Assembly: GCA_963848295.1 (NCBI GenBank)
Contig: CAWKDB010000010.1
Coordinates: 2,048,001-2,112,000 of the forward strand
Direction of reading: 5' to 3'
Length of the DNA: 64,000 nucleotides
DNA from: an uncultured delta proteobacterium
Lineage (GTDB): Bacteria; Myxococcota_A; Polyangia; Haliangiales; Haliangiaceae
Of the stretch, positions 47,051 to 57,181 are shown in pieces. The notes beneath the pieces were generated by a model. The model had not been told where the DNA came from, did no database searches, and worked only from the letters and a program-made list of their open reading frames with translations. The translations under genes and the position numbers were made by a program. The stretch's first letter is position 1, and each line of letters begins with the position of its first letter.

Positions 47051-47771
47051 GTGGACCGCGATTCGTTCCGCGAGGCGCTGCTCGGCGTGATGGAGCGCAA
47101 GCAGCACTGGGCTTGGAAGTCGTTCACCGACGGCACGGTCGCCAAGCCGCGGATGCACGTGCACTTCGAGCAGGAGTACGCGACGTACGTGCGCGACTTT
47201 CCGGTGCTGGTCGGCTGGGCGTACGTGCAGTGCCCGATCGCCGAGGTCCGGCGCGACCTCGCCGAGAATCTCTACGAAGAGGAGACCGGCGGCTTGATCG
47301 CCGGCCGGCCGCATCCCGAGCTGTTCCTCGAGTATCCACGCGGGCTCGGCATGGATCTGACCCGGTTCGCGCGCGTAGAGCTGTTGCCGGCGGCTCGCGC
47401 CTATCGCGCCGCGCTCGACGAGCACACGCAGCGCCGCGGCTGGGCTCAGGCATGCGCCGTCACGACGATCTTTCTCGAGGGCACCGCCCACGAGCGCGGC
47501 GAGCTCGATCCGAATGCCCCGAAGCGCGCCGACGCCGCCGCTCGAGCAGCATCCGCTCGTCGTGCATTACGGTTTGCCGCTCGAAGCGCTCGCGCTGACG
47601 AAGGCGCATCGCCGCGTCGAAGGCAGCCATCGCGCCGCCGCATGGCGGATCGTGCTCGATCATGTCCCGGCCGGAGATCGCGCCGGCGTCGTCGCCGCGA
47701 TGGAGTCCGTGCTCGCGGCGTGGCTCGCGTATCGCGACGAGGTCGCCGTCGCGTGCGGGCTCGCTCGCTAG
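47051..47771 (+). CDS. PqqC/CADD-like heme-oxygenase-like diiron oxidase with an apparent +1 frameshift near 47525
   Basis: ENLYEEE...HPELF and HRRVEGSH metal ligands split over two frames. Confidence 0.75.
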
Positions 47772-47777
47772 TTCGCC

Positions 47778-48541
47778 TCAGTTGCCGAAGCCGCCGAGCT
47801 GCGCGCCCGCCGCCGCCCGCACCGCCGATTGCGAGAACACCGCGAACGCGCGGCGGATCTCGGTCGCGCTGTTACCGGGCGTCAGGATCCAGCGATCCGG
47901 AATACCCATCTCGGTGAACACCGCGCGGAAGTCGGTGCGCCCATCGCTGATGCCCATCGCCGCCACGACGTGATGCTCCTGCGCGAGCATGTCATCGACG
48001 ATCGCCTTGACGTCGGCGGGGCGGCAACGATGCGATCCGTAGTCGCCACCATCGGTGATGATCAGCGTGACCGTTCGAACCGCGATGCCCGCGCGCGAGA
48101 GCTCCTGCGCTTTCGCGATCACCGTACCGAGCATCACGACGGTCTGATCGTAGAGCGGCGTGCCGAGCAGCGGGTGGTAGTTCGCGCCGGTCAGCTCGAC
48201 CGCATGATCGAGCGTCGTATACGCGCACAACACCTCGCCGTTGAGCAGCCGGGTATGCGCGAGCACCTCACCGGCTTGCTTCGACGCGCGCAACGCGGCG
48301 AGCACGAGGTTGTGGCCATCGCGCACGGCATCGACGTTGCCCGCCGCCGTGATCGACTGCGAGTCGTCGGGCATGACCGAGACCAGCACGACCTCGCTCG
48401 CGGCGATGTCATCGATCGTCACGCCGAGTCCGGCTTGGATCTGCGCGCCGACGTCGACGACATCGAGCGTCGCGAGGGCGCGCGCCGATAGGGCGCCTGC
48501 TCCGTGGGCATCCTCGAGGAGCTGTTTAGCTTTGCGATCAC

Positions 48542-48545
<4 letters not shown>
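47778..48545 (-). CDS. vWA-domain protein (TerY/YegL-like)
   Basis: MIDAS DDSQS, GTPLYD, IITDG; ATGA overlap with the upstream gene. Confidence 0.82.
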
Positions 48546-49603
<1,058 letters not shown>

Positions 49604-49617
49604 GAGATCTCCTTGGG

Positions 49618-51439
49618 TTAGTTGAGAGACAGGTGAAGGGCGTCGTGCTCGCGAATCACGTCGAGGCCGCCCGGCGCGAGCACGAGCCGATCGGCGGCGG
49701 ACACGAGCTGCGGCGGTCTCGGTGAACACGCGCGTGCAGGCGATCGCGCCGGCGACGAGCTCGATGCGAACGATGCCCGCGTCGGTCGGTACGAACAATT
49801 GGCTGCCACTCGCGCACGCGCCGGCGATGCCGGCGAGCCACGGCGTATCGGTCAGCAGCTCGGTCGCGAGCACGCGCGCGTCGCTGCCGATCACGACCGC
49901 GATCGTCGCGAGCTGGCCGTTGACCACGCGAGTCAACCACAGCCATGCGCGATCGCCGGCGATGGTCGCGTGCGCGGCGACGAGCTCGCCGTGAATCGCC
50001 GGCAGCGCGACGCGATCGTCGAGCCCGCCTCGCTCGGGGCGGAACACGAAGCCGACCGCGTAGCCCCCGGCGCGATAGAACCCGACGCCGAGCGCGGCGC
50101 CGACCCAGATCCGCGTTTGACCGGCGAGCACCGACCCGATCCGCTCTTCGCCGAGCCGCGTCTTGCGGAGCAACGCACCGCCGGACAACCGGATGCGCGA
50201 GTCCGCGGCCGGCGACGTCGTCGGGATGACGTGCCAGCGCAAGCCACCCGAGACCGAGACCGGTGGCGCCGGCGCGCGATGGCGGCAGGTCGGACACGTC
50301 TCGCGAGCGTGCTCGTCGCCGCACTCGCTGCATCGACGCATGCGTAGGCTCGCGAGCAATGCGCGCGGGAATTCTCCGCGGACGTCGCGCTCGAAGACGT
50401 CGCGGAACACGGCGAGGAGCGCATCGGGCAGGATCGCGAGCGGACGCGCGGCGCGCGGGTACACGACCTCGGCGTGCAACACGCTGATCCGTCGCAGGGC
50501 TCGCGCGGTCGCCGCGCAGCGCGGGTAGACACCGCCCCACGGACCGAGCCAGAGCAACGTGCGAAATGCCATCGCGGCGAACGCGAACCAGTCACTGTCG
50601 CGATCGTGCGGGCGCGATGGCACGAGCTGGCCGTCGCACAATCGCGGGTCGAGCAGGCGCTCGCTGAACATCGAGCACGGAAAGCCGGCGAGCTGATAGC
50701 TGTCGACGTCGATCAGGTGAACGCGTCGGGCGGCGAGGTTCGGGGCTCGCCCTCGAACGGCAGCGTCGCCGGATGGCGATGCGGTTAGATCGACGTTCGG
50801 GGCTCGCCCCCGAACGGCAGCGTCGCCGGATGGCGATGCGGTTAGATCGACCTTCGGGGCTCGCCCCCGAACGGCAGCGTCGCCGGATGGCGATGCGGTT
50901 AGATCGACCTTCGGGGCTCGCCCCCGAACGGCAGCGTCGCCGGATGGCGATGCGGTTAGATCGACGAGCACGTTGAGGTCGTTGCAATCGCCGATCACGA
51001 CGTCGGCGCGATGCAGGGCGGCGATCGCATCGTGGAGCGCGAGCAACGCCGCGATCAGCTCGCCGCCGTCGATCGGATGCTCGCGGCGCCAGCGCGGCTC
51101 GCCGTAGCTGAGCAGCGGAGTGCCGGTGACGCGCGGCATCGTGAAACCGACGACCTGGGTCGAGCGCTTGCCTGCGAGCGCGAGCCCATTGGGCGCGACG
51201 ATCGCGGGCGGCAGACCCGCCGGTAAGGCGCGCAGCTTGGCGGGGGCTTCGGCGAGCCGCCGCTCGGCCGCGGCTTGCGCCTCCGGTTGTCCGGCGAAGT
51301 CGGGGTGATCGGCGGGCTTCCACCACTTCACGACCCGGCCATCGCCGAGGTCGTAGACCTCTGCTTCGCCGCCTTGCCCGATCAGGGTCGCCGGCGCGAG
51401 GTCGAATCGCTCGCCGTCGATCCACACGACGCGATTCAT
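49618..51439 (-). CDS. YegI/TerY-P-type Ser/Thr kinase with Zn ribbon and C-terminal beta-rich domain; apparent +1 frameshift near 49712
   Basis: GQGGEAEVY, VVK, IGDCNDLN, IDVDSY, CSECG..CPTC; natural-looking C-terminus LVSAADRLVLAPGGL...LSLN* lies in the adjacent frame. Confidence 0.85.
50739..50965 (-). repeat. 4 x 57-bp tandem of the double-hairpin element inside the kinase gene
   Basis: Units start at 50739, 50796, 50853 and 50910 and are near-identical; they encode VDLTASPSGDAAVRGRAP[K/N]. Confidence 0.97.
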
Positions 51440-52257
51440 CGCGCGCTCCAGCGCAGGGCTGCGACCGCACAGTCGTCCTGCAACACCGCCGGCGTACGCA
51501 CGATCCGGCGATCGTCCCAGCGGATCCGCTCGTCGCCGCGCGCGAGCAGCACGAGCCTGCGGCGTAGCGCGTCGGGATGGGTGAACGCCGGCTCGGCGAC
51601 GAGGTCGTCGAGCGTCGAGTCGTGCGCGCCATCGGTCGCGACGATCGCGCGGCCAGCCTCGGCGCTGTGCGTCGCGAAGTGCGGTTCGACGCGCGTGCCG
51701 AGCAGCTCGTAGCCGACGTACGGCGGCTCGTTGTCGGCGAATGGCCCGAGCGCGCGCTGGCCCTGAGCTCGGTCGATCGATCGCCCGCCCGGCGAAGCAA
51801 GAATGGCCGACTCCGTGGAGCGAAGGGCCCCCGGAACGGGGCCCCCAAGCGCGTACACCCCGTCGCCGATCGCCCACACGCCTGCGCGACCGTCGTGCAC
51901 CGCGGCGGCGACCACCGTGAACAGCAGGAAGTCGGCGACGACACGCTCGCGCTCGCCGCCGAGCGCATCGGCGAGAGCGCCGAGCGCCGCCACCGCCGTC
52001 GCGCGGACCGCGGTCCACATCGCCAGATCGCTCGGATCGCCACCCGCCGCGAGCGCCCGGCCGAGCTCGCCGATCCACAGCTTCGCGCCGAGCCGCGCGC
52101 CGACCTCGGAGCTCGGGCTCGAGCCACAACCATCGCACACGACGATCGCCGCGGTGCTGCAGTCGCCGGTCCAGCTCGCGGCGGCGTCCTGACCGTTCCG
52201 CGCGTTGCGCAGATGGCGCGCCCCGATGACGGCCGCGCAGATTGCCTTCGTGTCCAT
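51436..52257 (-). CDS. PP2C-family protein phosphatase (YegK/PphC-like)
   Basis: GARH..NGQDA, VVCDGCGS, IGDG, VATDG, LQDD. Confidence 0.88.
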   Translation of the reverse strand: MDTKAICAAVIGARHLRNARNGQDAAASWTGDCSTAAIVVCDGCGSSPSSEVGARLGAKLWIGELGRALAAGGDPSDLAMWTAVRATAVAALGALADALGGERERVVADFLLFTVVAAAVHDGRAGVWAIGDGVYALGGPVPGALRSTESAILASPGGRSIDRAQGQRALGPFADNEPPYVGYELLGTRVEPHFATHSAEAGRAIVATDGAHDSTLDDLVAEPAFTHPDALRRRLVLLARGDERIRWDDRRIVRTPAVLQDDCAVAALRWSAR

Positions 52258-52265
52258 GCAACACC

Positions 52266-52294
52266 ATTATGGTGTCTGACATACACTATGTCAA
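52266..52294 (-). promoter_or_regulatory. sigma70 promoter TTGACA-N17-CATAAT with an overlapping NrtR-like palindromic operator (52269-52289)
   Basis: Minus strand ttgaca tagtgtatgtcagacac cataat ggtgttgc ATG; operator ATAGTGTA-N5-GACACCAT. Confidence 0.8.
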
Positions 52295-52324
52295 GCCGCG
52301 TGCGGGAAGCCCAAGACGGCAGCA

Positions 52325-52414
52325 GGTTGACAAAGTGAACACCGTCCCCAGTGAAGTCTCTGAAACTATTGGGGGTGACACCGACCCGCGGTTGACAGAG
52401 TGAACACCGTCCCC
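52325..52414 (+). repeat. ~90-bp intergenic element, copy 1 (two 25-bp direct repeats, 40-bp spacer)
   Basis: GGTTGACA[A/G]AGTGAACACCGTCCCC at 52325 and 52390. Confidence 0.9.
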
Positions 52415-52417
52415 CGG

Positions 52418-53053
52418 TTACGGAGCCAGGCGATCGCGCAACCAGCTGCCGTCGATACGGCGATAGCGCACGCGATCGTGCAAGCGCGACGGCTGGCCCT
52501 GCCATAGCTCGATCATGTCCGGAACGACGAGATAGCCGCCCCAATGGGCGGGGCGAGCGAGCGCGCCTTCGTGAGCCGCGGCCGTCACGAACTGCTCGAG
52601 CACCGCGCGATTCGCGATCGGCTGAGACTGCGGCGATGCGATCGCGCCGAGCTGACTGCCGCGCGGGCGCGACGCGAAGTAGGCGTCGGAGTCGGCGGCC
52701 GACACGCGCTCGACCATGCCTTCGATCCGGATCTGGCGATGCATCGGCTCCCAGTAGAGGACGAGCGCCGCACTCGGATGTGCCGCGAGATCGCGTCCCT
52801 TGCGGCTGTCGTAGTTCGTGAAGAACGTCAGGCCGCGCTCGGAGATCTCTTTGACGAGCACGATCCGCGCAGCCGCTCGACCACGCGGATCGACCGTCGC
52901 GAGCGTGGCAGCGTTCGGCGAAGCCACGCCGCCGTCGATCGCGGCCTGCATCCACCGGCGAACCTCGACGATCGGATCGGCATCGCACGCCTCGGGATCG
53001 AGCGGCGCACCTTCGTACTGCTCGCCGAGTCGCCACAGCCGATCATTGACCAT
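52418..53053 (-). CDS. pdxH: Pyridoxamine 5'-phosphate oxidase
   Basis: RIVLVK, FFTNYDSRKG, YFASRPRGSQ, WQGQPSRLHDR, RLAP. Confidence 0.95.
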   Translation of the reverse strand: MVNDRLWRLGEQYEGAPLDPEACDADPIVEVRRWMQAAIDGGVASPNAATLATVDPRGRAAARIVLVKEISERGLTFFTNYDSRKGRDLAAHPSAALVLYWEPMHRQIRIEGMVERVSAADSDAYFASRPRGSQLGAIASPQSQPIANRAVLEQFVTAAAHEGALARPAHWGGYLVVPDMIELWQGQPSRLHDRVRYRRIDGSWLRDRLAP

Positions 53054-53058
53054 GCGCG

Positions 53059-53463
53059 CTACTTACCATGTCCCGCTTCCATCGCCGCGTGGAAGCTGTC
53101 GTGCACCCTCGCGAACGCCGCATCGAACGTCGCGAGATCGGTGCCGCCGCACGCGGTCGCGAGCCCTGCGACCGCATCGACGAGCGGCTGGTTCTTCGCC
53201 GCATCCGCTTTTGTCTTGAAGTCGCCGATCACGCCGCACGTGTCGGTCATCCGCTGCTGACCTTGCGCGGCATGCCAGTGCGGCGCGAGCACGTCGTGAA
53301 ACGACGACAGCTCCGGCGACAGCCCGGCCATCTCGCGCTCGTGCTTGTCGTGGTGCTCGCCATCCTTCATGTCCGCCGCGGGCGCGGGTGCAGGGGTGGC
53401 GTCCTGCTTCTTGCTGCAAGCCGTGGCGAGGACGCACGCGAACGCGAAGCCGAGGGTACGCAT
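53059..53463 (-). CDS. Hypothetical His-rich helical lipoprotein
   Basis: LATAC lipobox; FHDVLAPHWH and VHDSFH. Confidence 0.7.
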   Translation of the reverse strand: MRTLGFAFACVLATACSKKQDATPAPAPAADMKDGEHHDKHEREMAGLSPELSSFHDVLAPHWHAAQGQQRMTDTCGVIGDFKTKADAAKNQPLVDAVAGLATACGGTDLATFDAAFARVHDSFHAAMEAGHGK

Positions 53464-53522
53464 CGCCGCGCTTTCGCACGCGCGCGCGGACGTGTCAACC
53501 GCGGCTCCGGTACAGTCGACGA

Positions 53523-54002
53523 ATGGAGCTGTACGTCGTCCGCCACGCGATCGCCTTCGACGCCGCACCCGCCGGTGGCGATCCTCTCCGCGCGCTCACC
53601 CCGAAAGGCGCTCGCAAGTTCCGGCGCGGCGTCCGCGGCATGCGCACCGCCGGGCTGAGATTCGATCACGTCTTGACGAGCCCGTGGCTGCGAGCCGTGC
53701 AGACCGCCGAGCTGCTCGGTCCGATCGCCGAACGCGAACCGATCGCGACCGACTTGTTGTGCCAACGGCCGGGCTCCGAGCTGCTCGCGCGGATCACCGA
53801 GCTCGCTAGCCACACCGCGGTCGTCGGCCACGAGCCGTGGTTGAGCGAGCTCGTCGCCTGGCTCGCGTTTGGCGACTCGCGCCACGGCGAAGCGCTCGAC
53901 CTCAAGAAAGGCAGCGTGACCTGGCTCTCGGGTGGCGTCGTGCCCGGCGGAATGACGATCCGCGCGATCCTGCCGCCAAAGCTGCTGCGCTCGCTGCGTT
54001 AG
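53523..54002 (+). CDS. sixA: Phosphohistidine phosphatase SixA
   Basis: RHA, SPWLRAVQTA, VGHEP. Confidence 0.9.
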   Translation: MELYVVRHAIAFDAAPAGGDPLRALTPKGARKFRRGVRGMRTAGLRFDHVLTSPWLRAVQTAELLGPIAEREPIATDLLCQRPGSELLARITELASHTAVVGHEPWLSELVAWLAFGDSRHGEALDLKKGSVTWLSGGVVPGGMTIRAILPPKLLRSLR

Positions 54003-54003
54003 C

Positions 54004-54093
54004 GGGGACGGTGTTCACTCTGTCAACCGGCCTCACGGCGTAGCCACAACAGTTTCAATGCCTTAACTGGGGACGGTGTTCACTTTGTCAACC
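54004..54093 (-). repeat. ~90-bp intergenic element, copy 2 (inverted relative to copy 1)
   Basis: GGGGACGGTGTTCACT[C/T]TGTCAACC at 54004 and 54069; same 65-bp period and a homologous spacer. Confidence 0.9.
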
Positions 54094-54095
54094 GG

Positions 54096-54626
54096 CTAAC
54101 GGAGTGGGCGCATCGCGCGTGCCCGCCGCAGGTCGTTGACGACGCGCGCGATCGCATCATCGTGCAGCAGCAGCTTCGACATCGCGCCGGTCGTGATGCC
54201 GAGCCGGCGCGCGGTCGCGCCGATCTCGAGGTCGCCTGCGACGAGCAGATCGAGCAGCTCCGCGATCGCGAGCCAGTAGTCTGCGGTCAGCCGAGTCCGC
54301 GCGCCGAGCGGTGCGGTGCCGCCGGCGACGAGCGCGGCGAGCCGCGGCGATGCCACGTAGCCGTCGAGCTCACCCGCGATCGGCGCGCGCACCTCGAGCG
54401 CGATCGCGGCGCGCAGGCGGCGCACCGCGTAGATCTTGTTCTCGGCTTGCGACCGGCTGTCTTCGCCGATCGCCGATACGCCGGTCGGGAGATGACGCAG
54501 TCGTACCGCGCTCTCGGTCTTGTTTCGGTGCTGTCCGCCCGGCCCGGACGCGCGATAGCGATCGACCTCGCTCTGCGCGATCAATGCATCATCGGTCGCG
54601 ATCAGGGCTGCGTCGCGCGGGGTCAA
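54096..54626 (-). CDS. Peptide chain release factor-like (GGQ) protein with C-terminal HTH-like extension
   Basis: YRASGPGGQHRNKTESAVRLRHLPTG, SRSQAENK; TTGA-coupled start. Confidence 0.85.
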   Translation of the reverse strand: MTPRDAALIATDDALIAQSEVDRYRASGPGGQHRNKTESAVRLRHLPTGVSAIGEDSRSQAENKIYAVRRLRAAIALEVRAPIAGELDGYVASPRLAALVAGGTAPLGARTRLTADYWLAIAELLDLLVAGDLEIGATARRLGITTGAMSKLLLHDDAIARVVNDLRRARAMRPLR

Positions 54627-55621
54627 TTCGCGTCGCTCGGCGCGGTCGCGGGGGTCGTCGGCTGCGTCACCGGCGCGCTCGGATCGAGATAGACATCGAC
54701 GCCGGCGCGCTCTCCGGCTCGACCGTATTCGACGCTCGCGATCCCGCCGCCGAGCGCACCGACCAGCTTGTCGAGCTTCGGATCGACCCCGACCTTCACA
54801 TCGCCGCACAGCGTGCGCGTCGCCTCGAACGACAGCCCCGGGACCAGCGCGCCGACCCGCACGATCTTGCCGCCGCGGATCCGCAGCGATAAGCCGAGCG
54901 CCGGGGTCGAAGAAACCGCACCGCCATCCGCCGGTGCTCCCGGTCCCGGGCGAGCCGCGACCGGCGATGCGCCGAGCAGATGCGCGACGAGTGGAGCCTC
55001 TAGCGGTGCGCCGGTGAACGAGGCGAAAGCCGCCGACAGCGCGGTGACTTGGGCGTCGACGGTCGCACCCGGCATCGCGAGCTCGATCTCGGAGTATGGC
55101 GCGTCGCCGATCGATTGCGTGAACCGCTCGATCCGCGACACGCCGTGTTCCTCGACCCACTTCTTGATCTGGTACTTCGCCTCGTGCGTCCCGAACATCG
55201 CCTCGACCTTCGGCCACTCGTGCGGATCGAAGAAGTGCCAGCCGGTCGTGACCTTGCCGCCCCACACGCCGATCCACGAGCCGACGAGCTTCGGCTCGAG
55301 CTGCTCGCCGATCTGATCGAGCAGGTGCGCGTCGGTCTTCGCGATGTTGCACAGCTTGAAGTAGTCGGCCATCCGCGGCACGAAGCCGCGCGGATCGCCC
55401 CACGAGCCCCACCAGACGCGGCGCAGATCGCTGCCGAGCATGGCGAGAAAGTTCACGCCTTCGCCGTCCGGCATATCCGGCGGCGTCGGGTTGTGCTCGA
55501 GCCAGCGGTCGAGATGGATATCCATCCACTCCTCGATGATCGGCAGCTGCGACAGGCTGATCTGGAGGTTCAACCGGACCGATAGCGCGCGCTGCAGAGC
55601 AGTCTCGAGCGAGCTGGCCAT
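54623..55621 (-). CDS. Hypothetical protein
   Basis: 332 aa ORF with strong codon bias, Trp-rich; lies in an operon after moaB. Confidence 0.8.
   Translation of the reverse strand: MASSLETALQRALSVRLNLQISLSQLPIIEEWMDIHLDRWLEHNPTPPDMPDGEGVNFLAMLGSDLRRVWWGSWGDPRGFVPRMADYFKLCNIAKTDAHLLDQIGEQLEPKLVGSWIGVWGGKVTTGWHFFDPHEWPKVEAMFGTHEAKYQIKKWVEEHGVSRIERFTQSIGDAPYSEIELAMPGATVDAQVTALSAAFASFTGAPLEAPLVAHLLGASPVAARPGPGAPADGGAVSSTPALGLSLRIRGGKIVRVGALVPGLSFEATRTLCGDVKVGVDPKLDKLVGALGGGIASVEYGRAGERAGVDVYLDPSAPVTQPTTPATAPSDAN
54906..54968 (+). repeat. Double-hairpin intragenic palindromic element (antisense to its host gene)
   Basis: 48/63 identity to the kinase unit (hand count); stems gcaccg/cggtgc and ccggtc/gaccgg. 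Confidence 0.85.
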
Positions 55622-55636
55622 CTCAGATCGAACGTA

Positions 55637-56167
55637 TCATGCACGGCCGGTGGGCTCGTGCTTGATGCGCGGCAGCAGCATCACGAAGTTGCACGGCGAC
55701 GTGCGGTGATCGAGCTGCGAGATCAGGATCCGCTCGACCGCGGTCTTCACCCCGTTGGTCGAGCCCGGCAGCAAGAACACGTACGTCGTCTCGCACAGCG
55801 CGCCCTCGGCGCGACTCTGGATCGTCGCGGCGCCGATTTCGGCGAACGAGATCGATCGAAACAGCTCGCCGAAGCCAGGGATCGCCTTGGTCACGAGCGG
55901 CGCGAGCGCCTCGGGAGTGACGTCGCGCGGCGTGACGCCGGTGCCGCCGGTCGCGATCACGACGTCGATCGCGGGGTCCGCGATCCACGCCTTCAGCTGC
56001 GCGCGGATCACGAGCTCGGAGTCCACAGCGATCGCGCGAGCCGCGATGCGATGCCCGACCTCGGCGAGCCGGGTCGCGATGTAGCCGCCGGATGTGTCGG
56101 TCTCGAGCGTGCGCGTGTCCGAGACTGTCAACACCGCGACATTGATCGGGATGAACGGTCGCTCCAT
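55637..56167 (-). CDS. moaB: Molybdenum cofactor biosynthesis protein MoaB/MogA family
   Basis: [30 protein letters not shown]. Confidence 0.9.
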   Translation of the reverse strand: MERPFIPINVAVLTVSDTRTLETDTSGGYIATRLAEVGHRIAARAIAVDSELVIRAQLKAWIADPAIDVVIATGGTGVTPRDVTPEALAPLVTKAIPGFGELFRSISFAEIGAATIQSRAEGALCETTYVFLLPGSTNGVKTAVERILISQLDHRTSPCNFVMLLPRIKHEPTGRA

Positions 56168-56211
56168 GGCTGGGTAACTGTCGCACGGCCGTCGAAATCC
56201 TGTGTCGTGAA

Positions 56212-56251
56212 TTGTGTTTAACGCATTGCGTTAGACAGTGTTAGAACACAA
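56212..56251. promoter_or_regulatory. AT-rich nested inverted repeats (putative repressor operator)
   Basis: TAACGCA-T-TGCGTTA (56219-56233) inside TTGTGTT...AACACAA, between divergent genes. Confidence 0.5.
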
Positions 56252-56304
56252 CTCATTGCGGATGACGCGGCGCGTCTTAAGGTGTTCTCGAAAGGGGAAA
56301 CACC

Positions 56305-56685
56305 ATGGCCACCGCAAAGATCGAGATTCGTACCGACCATCCCGGCGTCGTTCCCGGCGTCGCCAACCTCGCGCTCGACGTCGTCGATCGCAGCCAATCG
56401 ACCGCGATCGCAGTGCTCCAGGACGCGCGCATCGAGCTGCGCGCCGTGCTCGAGGGCGGCATCGAGCTCGTCGACAAGACCACCGCGGCCGCATTCCGGC
56501 TCGCGCGCAAGCTCGTGCAACGCGTCGACGAGGGCGTCGCCGAGACTTTGGGCAACGTCGAGCGCCTCGTCGGCGGCGCCGTGCGCTCCGCTCGCGAAAC
56601 GACGCGCGCCGCGACCGATCTCGCACACAGCGTCGGAACCGGCATCGGCGGGCAGCCGGCTAAGCCCGCAATCCCGGCGGCGTAG
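56305..56685 (+). CDS. Small amphipathic helical protein (phasin-like, tentative)
   Basis: 126 aa; AAGGGG RBS; all-helical character. Confidence 0.7.
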   Translation: MATAKIEIRTDHPGVVPGVANLALDVVDRSQSTAIAVLQDARIELRAVLEGGIELVDKTTAAAFRLARKLVQRVDEGVAETLGNVERLVGGAVRSARETTRAATDLAHSVGTGIGGQPAKPAIPAA

Positions 56686-57120
56686 TTACTTCTTTTTCGC
56701 CGCCGGCTTCTTCGCGGCCGGCTTTTTCGCAGCGGTCGGCTTCTTTGCCGCCGACCTCTTCGCCGCCTTTGCGGGCTTCGCCGCACCGGCGAGCTCGTCG
56801 AGCTGAGCGAGCTGGGTGAGAAACACATCGGCGATCGCGCCGAGTGACGCCGCGTCCGGCGCATCGATCTCGTCGACCACGAGGATGAACAGGTCGCCGG
56901 CGAGCCGCCGTCGCGACAGCTCGGCGATCACATCGCCATCGACGTCCCAGCTGTCGCCGGCCTCGGACGTCAAGTACTCGTAGCCGACCCGCTTGCCGGC
57001 GTCGAAGCCATCGACCTCGAACCGCACGCCGGTTTCAGCGAACGCGACGTTCTCCGCAATCTCGTAGCCTGCCTGCTCGAATCGCGCCTTCAGCAGCGCG
57101 CATGCGTCGTGCTCGGTCAT
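56686..57120 (-). CDS. Hypothetical protein with a K/A/P-rich histone H1-like tail
   Basis: Acidic globular domain followed by AAKKPAAKKPAAKKK. Confidence 0.7.
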   Translation of the reverse strand: MTEHDACALLKARFEQAGYEIAENVAFAETGVRFEVDGFDAGKRVGYEYLTSEAGDSWDVDGDVIAELSRRRLAGDLFILVVDEIDAPDAASLGAIADVFLTQLAQLDELAGAAKPAKAAKRSAAKKPTAAKKPAAKKPAAKKK

Positions 57121-57181
57121 GACTCGGCCGGAGCTTACCCGGGTTTCGCCCGGTTCCGCATCTCGGTCGCAGCCGACTGCG

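Noticed and set aside
50739..50965. CRISPR-like or ncRNA array
   Set aside because: Units are contiguous with no unique spacers and lie in frame within a CDS
52325..54093. Mini-CRISPR arrays (25-bp repeat, 40-bp spacer)
   Set aside because: Only two repeats per locus, the spacers are homologous to each other, and no cas genes are present
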